Below, piece by piece: positions 28,257 to 41,495 of a DNA stretch of 64,000 bases. The position numbers and the translations under genes were made by a program. How positions within the stretch are numbered: the stretch's first letter is position 1; the number at the start of each line of letters is the position of its first letter. The notes beneath the pieces are model-generated. The model did not search any database and was not told the origin of the DNA. It was given only the letters and a program-made list of their open reading frames with translations. This DNA is from Octopus vulgaris (Eukaryota): contig OX597831.1 in NCBI GenBank assembly GCA_951406725.2, positions 19,468,001 through 19,532,000 on the forward strand. Reading direction: 5' to 3'.

Positions 28257-28533
28257 GTGTGTGTTTATGTGTCTGTGTTTGTCTCCCTAACATCCCTTGA
28301 CAACCGGTGCTAGTGTGTTTACGTCTCCGTACAATAGCTGTTCGGCCAAAGAAACCGATAAAATAAGTACTAGTCTTACAAAGAATAAGTTCTAAGGTTT
28401 ATTTGCGCGATTAAACGCGGTGCTCTAGCGTGGCCGTATTCAAATGCCTGAAAGAAGTAAAATCATATAAATTTACGTGTATGTGTGCGTGCGTGTGTCC
28501 GCGCATGTGTGTGTGAACATATATATATATATT

Positions 28534-28566
<33 letters not shown>

Positions 28567-28647
28567 ATATATATATATATATCTATCTATCTCTCTCTCT
28601 ATCTATCTATCTCTCTATCTATCTCTATACCTATCTAACTATCTGTA

Positions 28648-28710
<63 letters not shown>

Positions 28711-30173
28711 GCACATACTTAATATGTATAGAAACTATTTGTTCTAGAAGTTATACCATAAATATTTTTTAACATACTGGATAATCTCGTGTTGCAGGAA
28801 CTCGACTGATGAAATAGTAATATAAGACCAGATGACAGCAGCTTGATAGCTTTTATGAGAAAACTGCTAAAATAATTCATAAGGCTTTGGAATTTCGATG
28901 GATCTCACTCGTTATAGATAAAATGCAAATGAAACGGATTATCAAAATTGTGTTTGAGACGAAATAACATTCGGTACTTCGTTGCATGTTTTCAGCTTCG
29001 CACGGACGAATTTGCCTTTCATCTTTCCATTTCACTAAAGTAAGATATCACTTAAATAATGGCGTCGATTTAATGGACTATGTTTTCTTAAAAATCTTTA
29101 ACGCTCCATGAAGTTTAGCTATCAATAAATGATTCTAGATTCAGTGTAAACCGTTAATCGAGATACGAAAAAATTAAGCATAAAATGACGTATGCACACA
29201 CACAGACATACACACACACGCATAGACATATGAGAGCACACAGACGAACACTTGTATACGTGCATATACACATGCATCCATATGTATCTATTATCTCTCT
29301 TTATATCTCAGTGCCGGATGGTATCTTCAATCCAATCCGCTTCGGTGCCTGGGGGTAACCCACATACCCAGACTCGTATTAATTTTCTTCTACAATATGA
29401 CGGAAGGAAAGAATTTCCTTGCTTTCTAAAGGCTGACTCGCAAACTGGCGAGCCTTTTCTCGTTGTCAAACTGCAACCATATGGTTGCATGTTTGACACA
29501 ACTGGATATATATTTTAAAGAGGACAAATATTCTTTAAGTTCATTTTTTATGATTTGTTTTGGGAAGACGGAGATGGAATTAAGAACTTTAGAATAAGTT
29601 CTAAGTAACACCGTATTCTCCTCCATATCTTTTAACCACTGCTTACGCAGTTTAATTTCCCACTCTAAGACAGAGTTTTTCTTTTTACGTTCCTTCTCTG
29701 CCATGTCAAAAAACAGTTCAAAAGTAGTTGAAAAAACAGTCTGCCAAAAAATTAAACCGTATAAAAATAAAACAAAATAAAAGAGATGGGGAGGAAACTA
29801 AAATTAAAGTAATGAAAAGAATGAACCAAAATTTAGAAAGAAAGAAAAAATAGAAGGGAAAAGTAAAAGAAAAACCTCACAAAGAGCACAGACAGGGAAT
29901 CCTTTGTATAATACTCCAAAAAGGTAATCCAAATAAGTAATCCAAATTGCTTATTCTTATTTTTCTGGCGAGATACGCCCACTAGAAAGAATTTCCAAGC
30001 AAAAACTCTCAGTTCACCGTTACGGTGTGGAGAACCCAGTATTTTGCTCGCTATAGCGAGCCATAATTGACAATTTTTCCTTTTGTTCTTTTTTTCTATT
30101 CACGGAGCCGAAACTCACATCTTCTCACTGTAATAGTCCACACCAACTAGTGTTGCATTCTGGTTAACCGGAA
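24830..30173 (-). mobile_element. ORF1-only L1/Tx1-like retroelement (about 2.06 kb native), expanded by an internal triplication
   Basis: Gag-like ORF1 pieces MAEKERKKK... (26142-26420) and a degenerate zinc knuckle CLSCLQQGNIKRNCP (25446-25949). No RT or endonuclease sequence is visible. It has an AATAAA-like 3' end and a 15-bp TSD with one mismatch (24815-24829, 30174-30188). Confidence 0.7.
26031..29852. repeat. B-X-B-X-B tandem array (period about 1640 bp)
   Basis: B is about 540 bp of the ORF1 5' region (starts at 26031, 27680, 29315). X is about 1.1 kb (26569-27679, 28218-29314) and is the reverse complement of 37646-38828. Confidence 0.9.
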
Positions 30174-30331
30174 GTAAGCAAGCTACTTACAATACAGCCA
30201 CTCCTACGCCTATATTAATATATATTTTAATACTATATTAAACACACCATACGTATATGCACACGCACAAACACACACGCAGACACACACAGACGCACAC
30301 ACACACACACACTCACGCACACACACACACA

Positions 30332-30480
30332 TATATTGCGAGCAGTGTGGAATGAATTCCTACCAACTTCTAGCATCGGGACCAGCGTACCAGTCAGCTT
30401 TCGGGCTGTTTCTCCCTCTCTTCAGTAATGGACACCGGGTCTGCTAGAGATGGCAGTAGTTCGCCTCTGCTCGCAATATA
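30332..30480. mobile_element. Small MITE-like element with terminal inverted repeats
   Basis: tatattgcgagcag ... ctgctcgcaatata. A further inverted half-copy lies at about 30552-30608. Confidence 0.55.
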
Positions 30481-30829
30481 TATAAATTCAAGCAGCACAC
30501 CGACCCTGATTTTACAACAAGCCAAAAAGCTACTTACACATATATAACTGACATGCTGGTTCCGTCGCTAGATGGTGGTAAAGATTCGTTCCACTCTGCT
30601 CGCTAAATATCGTATGCAGCTGTGAATTGTTAACCAGCTAATAGAGACGACGTCTTCACGTTGAAAAATTGCAGTAGAGTCCATTCGAACAGCCATGTTG
30701 AAATGGTTACGAACAATCCTCCTCCCCCTCCTCCTCCTGCTCTCTCACTTTCTTGTGCGCGCGCTCACACACATCCCTGTAGTTTATAGAAGAGAGAGTT
30801 ATTCTCCGTATACTCACACACATATATAT

Positions 30830-30893
<64 letters not shown>

Positions 30894-31690
30894 ATGATGC
30901 GTACTCTTAACCTTTCTCTCCCCCTCTCTTTCTCAGCCTTCATTCTTTTGGCTTTCCTTTTCTTCTACCTTACTGTCTCTCCCTCTCTCTCATTCTTCAT
31001 TCTTTTCTCTACAACCATTCCCTTTTTTTCTCTCCCTTTCTCTTACTCCTCCTCCTCCCTCTCGTCACGGACACGTGATGAAAAGGCTACTACTGTCTTT
31101 CTTCTCCTGGCTACCTTTAAGTAGAGACGGCCAATATGTTGCTCCCTCGCCGTTCTCAAAATATAGCGTTCGTAAAATATTTTATCTCGTTCGGCTTAAC
31201 AGCCCTTCTTGTTTGTGTTACTGTTATTCTCCGTGTCCTGTCTTTTACTGTTTAAATTTTGTACTGTCGTTACTGTCCTGTTTTTGTTACCATTTTTACC
31301 CCTCCGCAAAAAAATCTCTAATTTTATTTAATTTGATTTTCGCGGGAAGGAAAGTTTCATTAAAGTCATGTATCGCCTGACCTTCGAAACGTGGAGTAGA
31401 TGAAACAAAGGCGACTGAAGAAGGGGAATTTTCCTTGTTTTGTATGTCCTGTACTCTATTTTTTCGTTGTTTAAAAAAAAAATGTCCATTTCCTTGTTTT
31501 GTGTTTATGTTTTCGTTTCTCATTGTGTTCGACGTTTTTTTTTTTTGGTGTCCTGTACCCATATATGCATGTATATATACATGTAGAGGTAGGTACGTAC
31601 ATATATGTATTTATATATGCATATGATTTATTTATTTATTAATTTATTATATGACGGAACCCACGCATCCATTTCTAAGTAAGATTGTTC

Positions 31691-31822
<132 letters not shown>

Positions 31823-31826
31823 TACC

Positions 31827-32120
31827 ATTCTATTGTGTCTGGGGAGAGTCATTTTCTTTTTGTGCCTTATAATGTAACACACTCACCGGTAAAATTCCCA
31901 CTTATTTCATATTTTTATTTTTCTAAAATTTTCGTTGCATCTGGCAACCTTTTCAATAGTCTTGAAAGAGTCAAGACTATTGAAAAGGTTGCAAGACGCA
32001 ACGAAGATGCTAGAAAAATTTTAGGAAAATAAAAATACGAAATAAGTGGAAATTTTACCGGTGAGTGTGTTACATTATAAGGCACAAAAAGAAAATGACT
32101 CTCCTCAGACGCAATAGAAT
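31827..32120. repeat. ~290-bp fold-back element next to (TA)n, probably a pseudo-LTR inversion
   Basis: Arms are near-perfect reverse complements around aatagtcttga-aagag-tcaagactatt. Confidence 0.85.
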
Positions 32121-32697
32121 ATGCTTCAACACACGAACTCATATAAAGAATCTTGCAAACCAAATCCAAAAGCGAAATATTAATACCATATTAAACAACT
32201 ATTGCGATCATCTCTTAGAGAGATTTTACAACTAACGTTTTAGCTTATATATATATTTATCACGGAAAATCATTCCGCCTTGCTATACGTTGAATTAAGT
32301 TTTATGCCTACATGTTATATGCAGCTGGAGAATACAAGTGCGACCGGAAATGCAGGGCATCAAGTGCAACTCAAGTGCAACTATATTACAGCTGTATTAT
32401 AAAGGTTTAGCAAATACAGGACAACTTTACCACAACGTTGCACGACCGTAATACAAACAATGTGCAACTGTAGTGAAACAGTGTTGCAACTGTAATTGGT
32501 TTTTGCATTATGATAACATGCCTGGTCCTACAATCCTAAAGATGTTGCTGTTTGTGACAAAGTACAACGTTGCGGAAGGAATGCCGTTTCGTGACGTGAG
32601 AGGAAATTGAAATAGAATCACGGTTTTACGAAACTTTTAGAAGGAGGACTTCAACCATGATTCTAAAGTTGGCACCACACTCCAGTATCGGAGTATA

Positions 32698-32877
32698 TGA
32701 TGTGTGCTGAAAAGTTCCTGGATGTAAGGGTTTCGAAATGCCTGGTTGGAAAAGGCTTAAGAAAACTGAAGAACTGTGTGTAAATCTATGAAGCGGATAT
32801 GTTGAATAACATAGTAATTAACTGATCCTCTTGTATTTTCTTCTAACCGAAGCCAGGAACTTCTCATCACACCCTGT
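32698..32877. mobile_element. Mariner-like MITE
   Basis: Imperfect TIRs gtgctgaaaagttcctgg / ccaggaacttctcatcacac. A related end lies at about 18652-18680. Confidence 0.5.
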
Positions 32878-34600
32878 GCGTCATGGTATATCTGTATATG
32901 TGAGTATGCGTGCGTGTGTGAGGTACATCTCAAAGTTCCGAATGGAATGACACCCGATTATAAATAATTTATTAACTCACTGTTGCCGTATTTTCTCAAT
33001 GTCTCCTCCAAAAACCTTCCGAACAACATAGTAGTACGTATTAATATAAGTTACTCTCTTATACATGTAATAATAAATGTTCTTCTCATTCTTGATGACG
33101 TCATATTATTACAAAAACGTATCCGAATTTACCTTCCTTACTTGTGGATATAATTTCCATGGCGCTAATCATTGACTAATATTGATATTTTCTCACCATA
33201 TAATTGATTTCAGTTTGGTTTAGATTTTTAAACCGCTTCCATAACATAGGCAATGATATTCATGTATATGGTAACGATGATTGCTTAGCTTCTCAACGAG
33301 ATATATGTTATTGTTCTGCTCACTAGTGCAATGATATTCGAAGAGAAATAACATATAAATTCAAATATATCACAGAGCAAAAGCGTTCAGAATAACAAGT
33401 CCAGGAAAAAGCAAACTAATTTGGTTTAATACTCACTTTAGCATGAATTGTAATAAGCAATAGAGTCAGAATGTTCTTAGCGGCCATAGAATATATCGCC
33501 ATTAACTTAAAGTACAACAAGTTGTTCAATAAAATCTTCTTGAAACTTATCTCTAGTTGTATGAAAAACAACGTCGTGTTGATAGCTCGCAGCATTTGTT
33601 GCTAAATGAATATATAGGAACAAACTGTACGCAAGACCAGTTTTCGACTGCAGCTAATCAAATATCCTGTTTGCTCAATGGCAAGTTTTTGATTTGTGCA
33701 ACTATCGGAAGAATTAAAAGAGAATGAGAGGTAGAGAGCGGGAGAGAAAGAGTAGGAGAAAAAGATATAAAACTGGTTGAAATGTAGACACTCATAACAC
33801 ATCTACTCTTTCAGAAGAAATAATGAAAATTGAAATTCTGTATCACTATTTCTGCTGATTGAGTAGAAAATAATGGATTTCACAGCTCGTTGATATGTCG
33901 GTCTGTAACTCTGCAACAACTTATGAGCCGAAATTAAAATATTGATTCTGTTCGCCAATAGGTAAATACAAGGAGCTTTTCCAAGAAAAGTCAGAATTAG
34001 TATCATGTAGAAAGGACCATTGTGCAACTATTTAACAAATACCATTCCAATATATACGGTAAACTATTTTTTGTTATTGAGGAGATTTTTCCAGAAGAAT
34101 CTGTATCCGCTCCAGAAACTCCGTAATCCTATGAAAACATGGAAATAAATCAGGTCCACGATGCACTCGCATAACACACTCAACGCAAAGATTAAAGTAA
34201 AAAACAAATGATGCCGCAACAAGCATAAATCAGGTGTAACACAGAAACAGTTATACGCCTTCAGAAGTCATATAATACGTACAAACCTGGAACAGGCGCA
34301 AAGCTTAATTTTGTTTTATATAATGTTACTAATTCGGTTTCTCTTCTGGTTTATAGAGATTTCATTTCTATGTCGCCTCTCCGGAGAATGTACTTTCATT
34401 TCTCATTCGATAAATATTATATGATGTTTTTATTTTTATTTTCCTACGAAGACAAACATAATTTAACTCTAGGATTCTATTTCGAAAGTATTTGATACTT
34501 CAATAATCAGAATATGTAATACACCCAGTTAGATATTTGACTGTTTGTAAGTAAAATGTTTATAGTTAACATATTATTTCAGTTTGACATGCAATTCAAG

Positions 34601-35152
34601 TTAGGCGGTGAGCTAGAAGAGTCGTTACCACGCCAGGCCAAACGTTTTGAATCATTTCGTCCGTCTTTACGTTGTGAGTTCATATTCCACCAAGGTTGTC
34701 TTTTCTTTTTGTCCTTTCGGGGTCAACCAAAATTTGAATGATTTCAAATTTTGTCACAGGGTCAGTAGTTTCATTGATGTTAATTTAAACCTGAATGTAA
34801 TCTAAATTCGCCATTATTTTAAATAAAAGAAAAACTGGAGCCATTCATAATATTGTATTGAATGAGATTCATTGGGAGGTACAAGTGCGGTTGTATGATT
34901 AAAACGCTTGCTTCATAACCATGGGGCCTTGGATACATTCCAACAGCGCAGCCTCTTCAGCAAGAGACTTCTACTGTAACGGCGATGTCGACGAATACCT
35001 GGGCGTGGATTTTGTAGACGGAAGCTTAATTGAAGCCTGTCGTATATAGATATGTATGTGTACACGTGCGTGCGTGCGGATGTGTGTGCGCATGAGTGTA
35101 TGCGCATATGTGTGCATATGTTTCTGTGAGCCTTGTTGTTGTTGTGTGTGTT

Positions 35153-35192
<40 letters not shown>

Positions 35193-35310
35193 CCTGTGTT
35201 TCTGTGAGTACGTGAGCATCGTTGTGCTTGTCTCCAGCCAGCGCTTGACAACTGAGATTAGTTTTTTTCACATCCCTGTAACCTAAAATGAGTACCAGGC
35301 TTAGAAAAAT
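34601..35310 (+). mobile_element. Diverged Meta-type SINE (34601-34728) and diverged CORE-like SINE (about 34885-35310)
   Basis: Recognisable head and core segments matching other copies. Confidence 0.55.
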
Positions 35311-35665
35311 AGTACGATGGTACATTGCTTCAACAATACCCATCAACACAGGACCCCAGCATGGCCCTAATTCTGTAGCTGCACTAAGTAAACGCAAATC
35401 TTACAATGACAACAACACTGAAACAATACAAACCAAATCGCAGACATTGAAAACGACAAGCCCTTTCGGCATTCGTTCAATGAACGTCAAATATTACAAA
35501 TCCCAAAACAATCTCTTTAATAGAATTCTATGACTTAAAATATCTAAAAATAATTTGTATACAAATATAGAAGGATAAAGAAAACTTTATAGGACCGTTA
35601 GGTGGCGGTATTCATGTAAATGGCCTGCTGGTGCTTTTCATAAACTTCTCCAGATCATCGGATAG

Positions 35666-35734
<69 letters not shown>

Positions 35735-35913
35735 CATACATATATATATATGTATTTTTTATTGAAATGGATAATTGAATTATCTTGTTACGGATTATTC
35801 AAATTATAACCGATACCTGGGTAGCAAAAATCACAACAGAAAAATCACGGTTGAGGTTACGACCATGGGATCTCAAAACCGTGCCTTAGTGCGCATATTT
35901 GAAGTTTTATATA

Positions 35914-35998
35914 TTTCTCTGAAGAGAAAGCTGCAAAATGGTCTCCTTATTCAATCCAAATTAGGGACTTTGCAGCCTTTGAAACATATGTAGAAAAT
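35914..35998 (+). ncRNA. Hammerhead motif (family D) in a ~290-bp TA-flanked element (35755-36048)
   Basis: CTGAAGA-long stem II (GAAAGCTGCAAA...TTTGCAGCCTTT)-GAAA-CATATG-TA-GAAAAT. Stem III is palindromic and stem I is imperfect. Confidence 0.65.
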
Positions 35999-36320
35999 AA
36001 TAAAAAGGAATTTTGTAAAATCTTCGTTCAGCTCCATTTCTTTCCTCTCTAAATATATATATATATATGTACATACATGTATATATGCACATATATATAC
36101 ATGCATACATATACATATTTGTACATACATTTATATATGCATATATGCATATCTATGTATATGAATATATTTATATATAAACACCTATATATACACACAT
36201 ATATAACATATATATACATATATATATATGTATATATATGCTTATATATGCATACATATATATGTATATACATATATATATATATACATATATACACATA
36301 TATGCATATATACATATATA

Positions 36321-36352
<32 letters not shown>

Positions 36353-36521
36353 TTATACATATATATATAAGTATACATATATACATATATATATATATAA
36401 GTAGTTGAGTGAATTATCCTAGTATGGATAATTCGGTTAACCGATACTCGGGTAACAAATTTACCTGTGGGCAGTCATCTAGAAGTTTTTGTTGTCATGA
36501 TGCTGACATAAGGTCCTTGTC

Positions 36522-36602
36522 TTTCCTGATGAGAAGGCGGCATAATACACCCTTTATTCCTTCGCAATTAAGAATACGCAGTCTTCGAAACATATGTCGA
36601 GA
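36522..36602 (+). ncRNA. Hammerhead motif (family D) in a ~240-bp TA-flanked element (36400-36640)
   Basis: TTTC-CTGATGA-GAAGGC...GTCTTC-GAAA-CATATG-TC-GAGA. Canonical core, GUC cleavage site, palindromic stem III. Confidence 0.8.
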
Positions 36603-36636
36603 ATAAAGGAATTTTGTTAAATCCAACTCTTTCATT

Positions 36637-36667
<31 letters not shown>

Positions 36668-37586
36668 CAAATGTGAGGATGAAATTCTTACCGAAAAAAA
36701 AATATTTTCTCGAAAAAAATTTTATCAATGGCCAGCATATTAAAAAATACCTTTAACGGTTAAATTTATAAACAATTCATAAATGAGGGCAAAGGAAAAA
36801 AATTCTAATGCCAAATATGCCGAAAAATTGGACATATTGTCCATTAACCATATAATTTTTTCACAATACGCACGCTACTCGAAAAAAATCGGACCGATTT
36901 CAGATTTATCTACTAAGAGCCCTCTCTTCATCAGTGATACATGTGGCAAAAGAAATACAGGAGATACTTACTTATACCCATGGAAGAAGCAAACACTAAG
37001 TCATGGGCACAACTAAGTACCCCAAATACATCCAAAATAGAAATACTCCAGCCCATACGAGGCACGTGCGATTTGAACTGAGGCTCTCACAGAGTGAGTT
37101 AGTTAGTTCGGAAGTGAACGCTTAAATTTATATCAAATGTGAGTATAAAATTCTTTTCGAAAAAAAATATTTTCTCGAAAAAAATGTTATCAATGGCCAG
37201 CATATTAAAAAATACCTTTAACGGTTAAATTTATGAACAATTCATAAATGAGGGCAAAGGAAAAAAATTCTAATGCCAAATATGCCGAAAAATTGGACAT
37301 ATTGTCCATTAACCATATAATGACTTAGTGTTTGCTTCTTCCATGGGTATAAGTAAGTATCTCCTTTATTTCTTTTGCCACATGTATCACTGATGAAGAG
37401 AGGGCTCTTAGTAGATAAATCTGAAAGCGGTTCGATATGGTAATAATGGAATTTTTTAGAAATTTCTGTCGACCTTTTTTTCGGGTAGCGTGCGTAAGGT
37501 GAAAAAATTATATGGTAAATGGACAATATGTCCAATTTTTCGGCATATTTGGCATTAGAATTTTTTTTCCTTTGCCCTCATTTATG

Positions 37587-37590
<4 letters not shown>
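36668..37590. mobile_element. Three rearranged copies of the family C pseudo-LTR element (minus, minus partial, plus partial)
   Basis: 36668-37100 and 37130-37320 are direct copies, and 37321-37590 is inverted. All are homologous to 16964-17400 and are TA-flanked. Confidence 0.75.
37385..37442 (+). ncRNA. Hammerhead motif (family C); truncated sister copy on the minus strand at 36888-36939
   Basis: TATCA-CTGATGA-AGA...TCT-GAAA-GCGGTTCGA-TA-TGGTA. The sister has stem III TCGGTCCGA but lacks the 3' strand of stem I. Confidence 0.65.
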
Positions 37591-37630
<40 letters not shown>

Positions 37631-38248
37631 GTACGTATACATCTACACTGAGATATAAAGAGAGATAATAGATACATATGGATGCATGTGTATATGCACG
37701 TATACAAGTGTTCGTCTGTGTGCTCTCATATGTCTATGCGTGTGTGTGTATGTCTGTGTGTGTGCATACGTCATTTTATGCTTAATTTTTTCGTATCTCG
37801 ATTAACGGTTTACACTGAATCTAGAATCATTTATTGATAGCTAAACTTCATGGAGCGTTAAAGATTTTTAAGAAAACATAGTCCATTAAATCGACGCCAT
37901 TATTTAAGTGATATCTTACTTTAGTGAAATGGAAAGATGAAAGGCAAATTCGTCCGTGCGAAGCTGAAAACATGCAACGAAGTACCGAATGTTATTTCGT
38001 CTCAAACACAATTTTGATAATCCGTTTCATTTGCATTTTATCTATAACGAGTGAGATCCATCGAAATTCCAAAGCCTTATGAATTATTTTAGCAGTTTTC
38101 TCATAAAAGCTATCAAGCTGCGGTCATCTGGTCTTATATTACTATCTCATCAGTCGAGTTCCTGCAACACGAGATTATCCAGTATGTTAAAAAATATTTA
38201 AGGTATAACTTCTAGAACAAATAGTTTCTATACATATTAAGTATGTGC

Positions 38249-38290
<42 letters not shown>

Positions 38291-38293
38291 CGA

Positions 38294-38341
<48 letters not shown>

Positions 38342-38354
38342 TAGATAGGTATAG

Positions 38355-38399
<45 letters not shown>

Positions 38400-38400
38400 T

Positions 38401-38503
<103 letters not shown>

Positions 38504-38574
38504 AATATATATATATATGTTCACACAGACATGCGCGGACACACGCACGCACACATACACGTAAATTTATATGA

Positions 38575-38777
38575 TTTTACTTCTTTCAGGCATTTGAATA
38601 CGGCCACGCTAGAGCACCGCGTTTAATCGCGCAAATAAACCTTAGAACTTATTCTTTATAAGACTAGTACTTATTTTATCGGTCTCTTTGGCCGAACAGC
38701 TATTGTACGGAGACGTAAACACACTAGCACCGGTTGTCAAGGGATGTTAGGGAGACAAACACAGACACATAAACACA

Positions 38778-38864
<87 letters not shown>

Positions 38865-39003
38865 ATACGAAGGGCTTCACAAGGCTTTGGTCGGTCTGAG
38901 GCAATAATAGAAGACACTTACCCAAGGTGCCACCCAGTATAACTGAACCCGTAACCATGTGGTTGGTAAGCAAGCTACTTCCTACACAGACACTCTTGCG
39001 CCT
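38575..39003 (-). mobile_element. CORE-like SINE whose internal microsatellite is a rearrangement breakpoint
   Basis: The tail (38575-38780) is part of segment X. The head (38870-39003) is part of the 2630-bp duplication. Confidence 0.75.
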
Positions 39004-39010
39004 ATGTATA

Positions 39011-39057
<47 letters not shown>

Positions 39058-39196
39058 CAAAAACAATTAAGATTCAAGTGAATTCCAATGAATATGGTAC
39101 TTAAGTTAGATGCACCAGAATTCTTTATGGTATTAACCATAAAATAATGTGGAGTGATTATAACCAAGAAAAAAAGCAACAAGAATGGATTAGTAG

Positions 39197-39700
39197 TTTA
39201 GTACAATTGTTTCATACTTCCGGGATTTCCCTTTTTATGCACTTTAATTGATATGCACCTACCAAATTAGTTATCTCAGCCGAATCACTAGAACCCATGG
39301 GTATATCAAAATTGTTAGGGGTATCTGCTCTTGTCCATAATTTTCCTTCAAATTCTATAATAGTTTTCCTAGCTAATAGTACTATGTCGATTTCTTCTCT
39401 AGATATGAGGGAGCGATTCATGGCAAAAGTAAGTGATTTATTTAGCAAAATGTGGGAAATACTAGAATAATAATTATTGATATCAAATTGAATAAAAGAT
39501 AGACAACTAGTGTTAGCTAGAGAATTGAACCATTTTAATACTTCATCAGTATTTAGCCATAGACTTAAGGGAAGGATCGGGGTTATTTGGGGTAAAACAG
39601 TATCCAAGATAGATTTACTAAGCCGGCCAATGTCAGACTTAGTTGGACAAATAAGCCTTACCGAAGTGTTTTCCAGGAAATTTCTTTTGTTGTCCTTAAG
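39197..39700 (-). pseudogene. Penelope-like reverse transcriptase fragment (second copy at 41827-42330)
   Basis: FIQFDINNYYSSISH...FDIPMGSSDSAEITNLVGAY matches the Penelope RT motifs FDI..FYPSI and FDV.MGS.D.AE..ELVG.Y. It is fused to a hammerhead 3' half, GAAA-CAATTG-TA. Confidence 0.8.
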
Positions 39701-39704
39701 GTTG

Positions 39705-40225
39705 ATTTATAATAATAATAATTATCAAAATAAGTGCAGCATCAACAGCAATGGAATAACTAATAATGATATTGATATTAATAGGAATAATAATAATGAT
39801 AATAATATGAGCAATACAAATAGAAATAATATCGGGAATGAAGATAACAATGATATCTTTAGCAGTAATAAGCATTCGGATATTAATACAAACAATAATA
39901 ATAACTATACCAATAATGTTGATAATTATGACATGGCTATAGTAGATCTAAATGATAGTATAAACGAATCGATAAATGGCAAGACAACTTCAGATAAGAA
40001 TATTATCTATAATAACGAAAATAATACTCATAATAATTTGAATAGCAGCAATATGAGAGATCTATCCTTAAATAATTCTAAATCTAAAAATTATCCCTCT
40101 AGTTGCAATTGTAGGATTAAGTCAAAATGCCCGGCATCTGGTCTGTATTTGGCCCATAATGTAATCTATAAATGTACTATAACTACTGCGAATAGCAAAT
40201 TTTTTTATCTGCGTTGCACTGAGAA
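39705..40225 (+). pseudogene. Penelope-like Asn-rich linker and GIY-YIG endonuclease N-terminus (second copy at 42335-42855)
   Basis: CNCRIKSKCPASGLYLAHNVIYKCTITT...FYLRCTEK matches CNCR....CP..G.C....VIY...YIG.TE. It is cut off by a SINE head at about 40225. Confidence 0.7.
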
Positions 40226-41361
40226 GGCTTTTGTTGGTCTGAAGCTACAGCAGAAGACACATGCCAAGTCACCACACAATGAGACTGAACCCAGGACCAT
40301 GTGTTTGGAACGTAGTTTGTTACCACACAGCCACACCTGCCCCTATGTATGTGTGTGTGCGTATGTATGGGTAGATATATTATGCATGTATATATGTGTA
40401 TATATATGTGTACATATTACATGTACAACTATATATATACATCTACACATAATATACAAAATACAAAGTTATATCTTGATATCGCTAGTGATAACAATAC
40501 TCAAAATATATAACAGACTGGAATTGTAGGCCCGTCTCTTGCAATTTCGATCAATTGGATCTTGTCCTCCCTCTTGTATAGAAGTGTACGGCTGCAGCGG
40601 AATTCATTTTTGGACTTTCTTCTATCGAAGGCATTTTAACAAAAATGCTTCCGTAAAGACGGTGAAAATATTGTCAATTTCCCCAAACAGGGACTCAATT
40701 CAATTTTTAAACAATAACCAAAAGGGGGAGGGTTACGGTTTACAAATATTTAACAAATGTAACACAACAACGTTTCCCTGACGAGGAACCAACAAACGTG
40801 ATTACAATAATCAAACAGTAATAATAATAACAACAAACCTTTTTGATTTATCCCCATTTATGTGAAACCACTTATTCAAGTTCAAGTCATTGATGCAATT
40901 TTATACGAATTGCTAATACACACACACACACACACACACACATAATAAGGGTGAAAAATTTAATATTAATTTCATTAATATGAATTGAAAACCAGTGGTG
41001 TAGCATATAAGACCATAGCGTATCTTCCTCTAGCAAAAAGGATGACCACTATTAATGGCTCATCCCTGTTATATAATACATTCACTTTAATAGTTTCACA
41101 TTGCAAAGAGAAAGTAGGAGAAAGTGTGGTGGTAATAGCAGGAGTAAACCACTTGAAATGAGAGAGGCAAATCGTAAAATATTGAGTTTTCTCGAATTTT
41201 TGCTTAATTGGGGGTCAAATTGAAAAAACTTTATATGCCATGACCCAATCGAATCTACTTGGAAAAATCATAGGTAAATTCCAATTGAAGAAATTCTATA
41301 TTGTAGAATTGTATTAAAAAGGAACATGGGAACAGGTAGAGAAAATCTGCCTTTTATCATA

Positions 41362-41495
<134 letters not shown>

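Noticed and set aside
39510-40529. 339-aa Asn-rich ORF (duplicated at 42140) as a host gene
   Set aside because: It is a chimera of antisense Penelope RT, an AAT-rich linker, a GIY-YIG start, an antisense SINE head and microsatellite.
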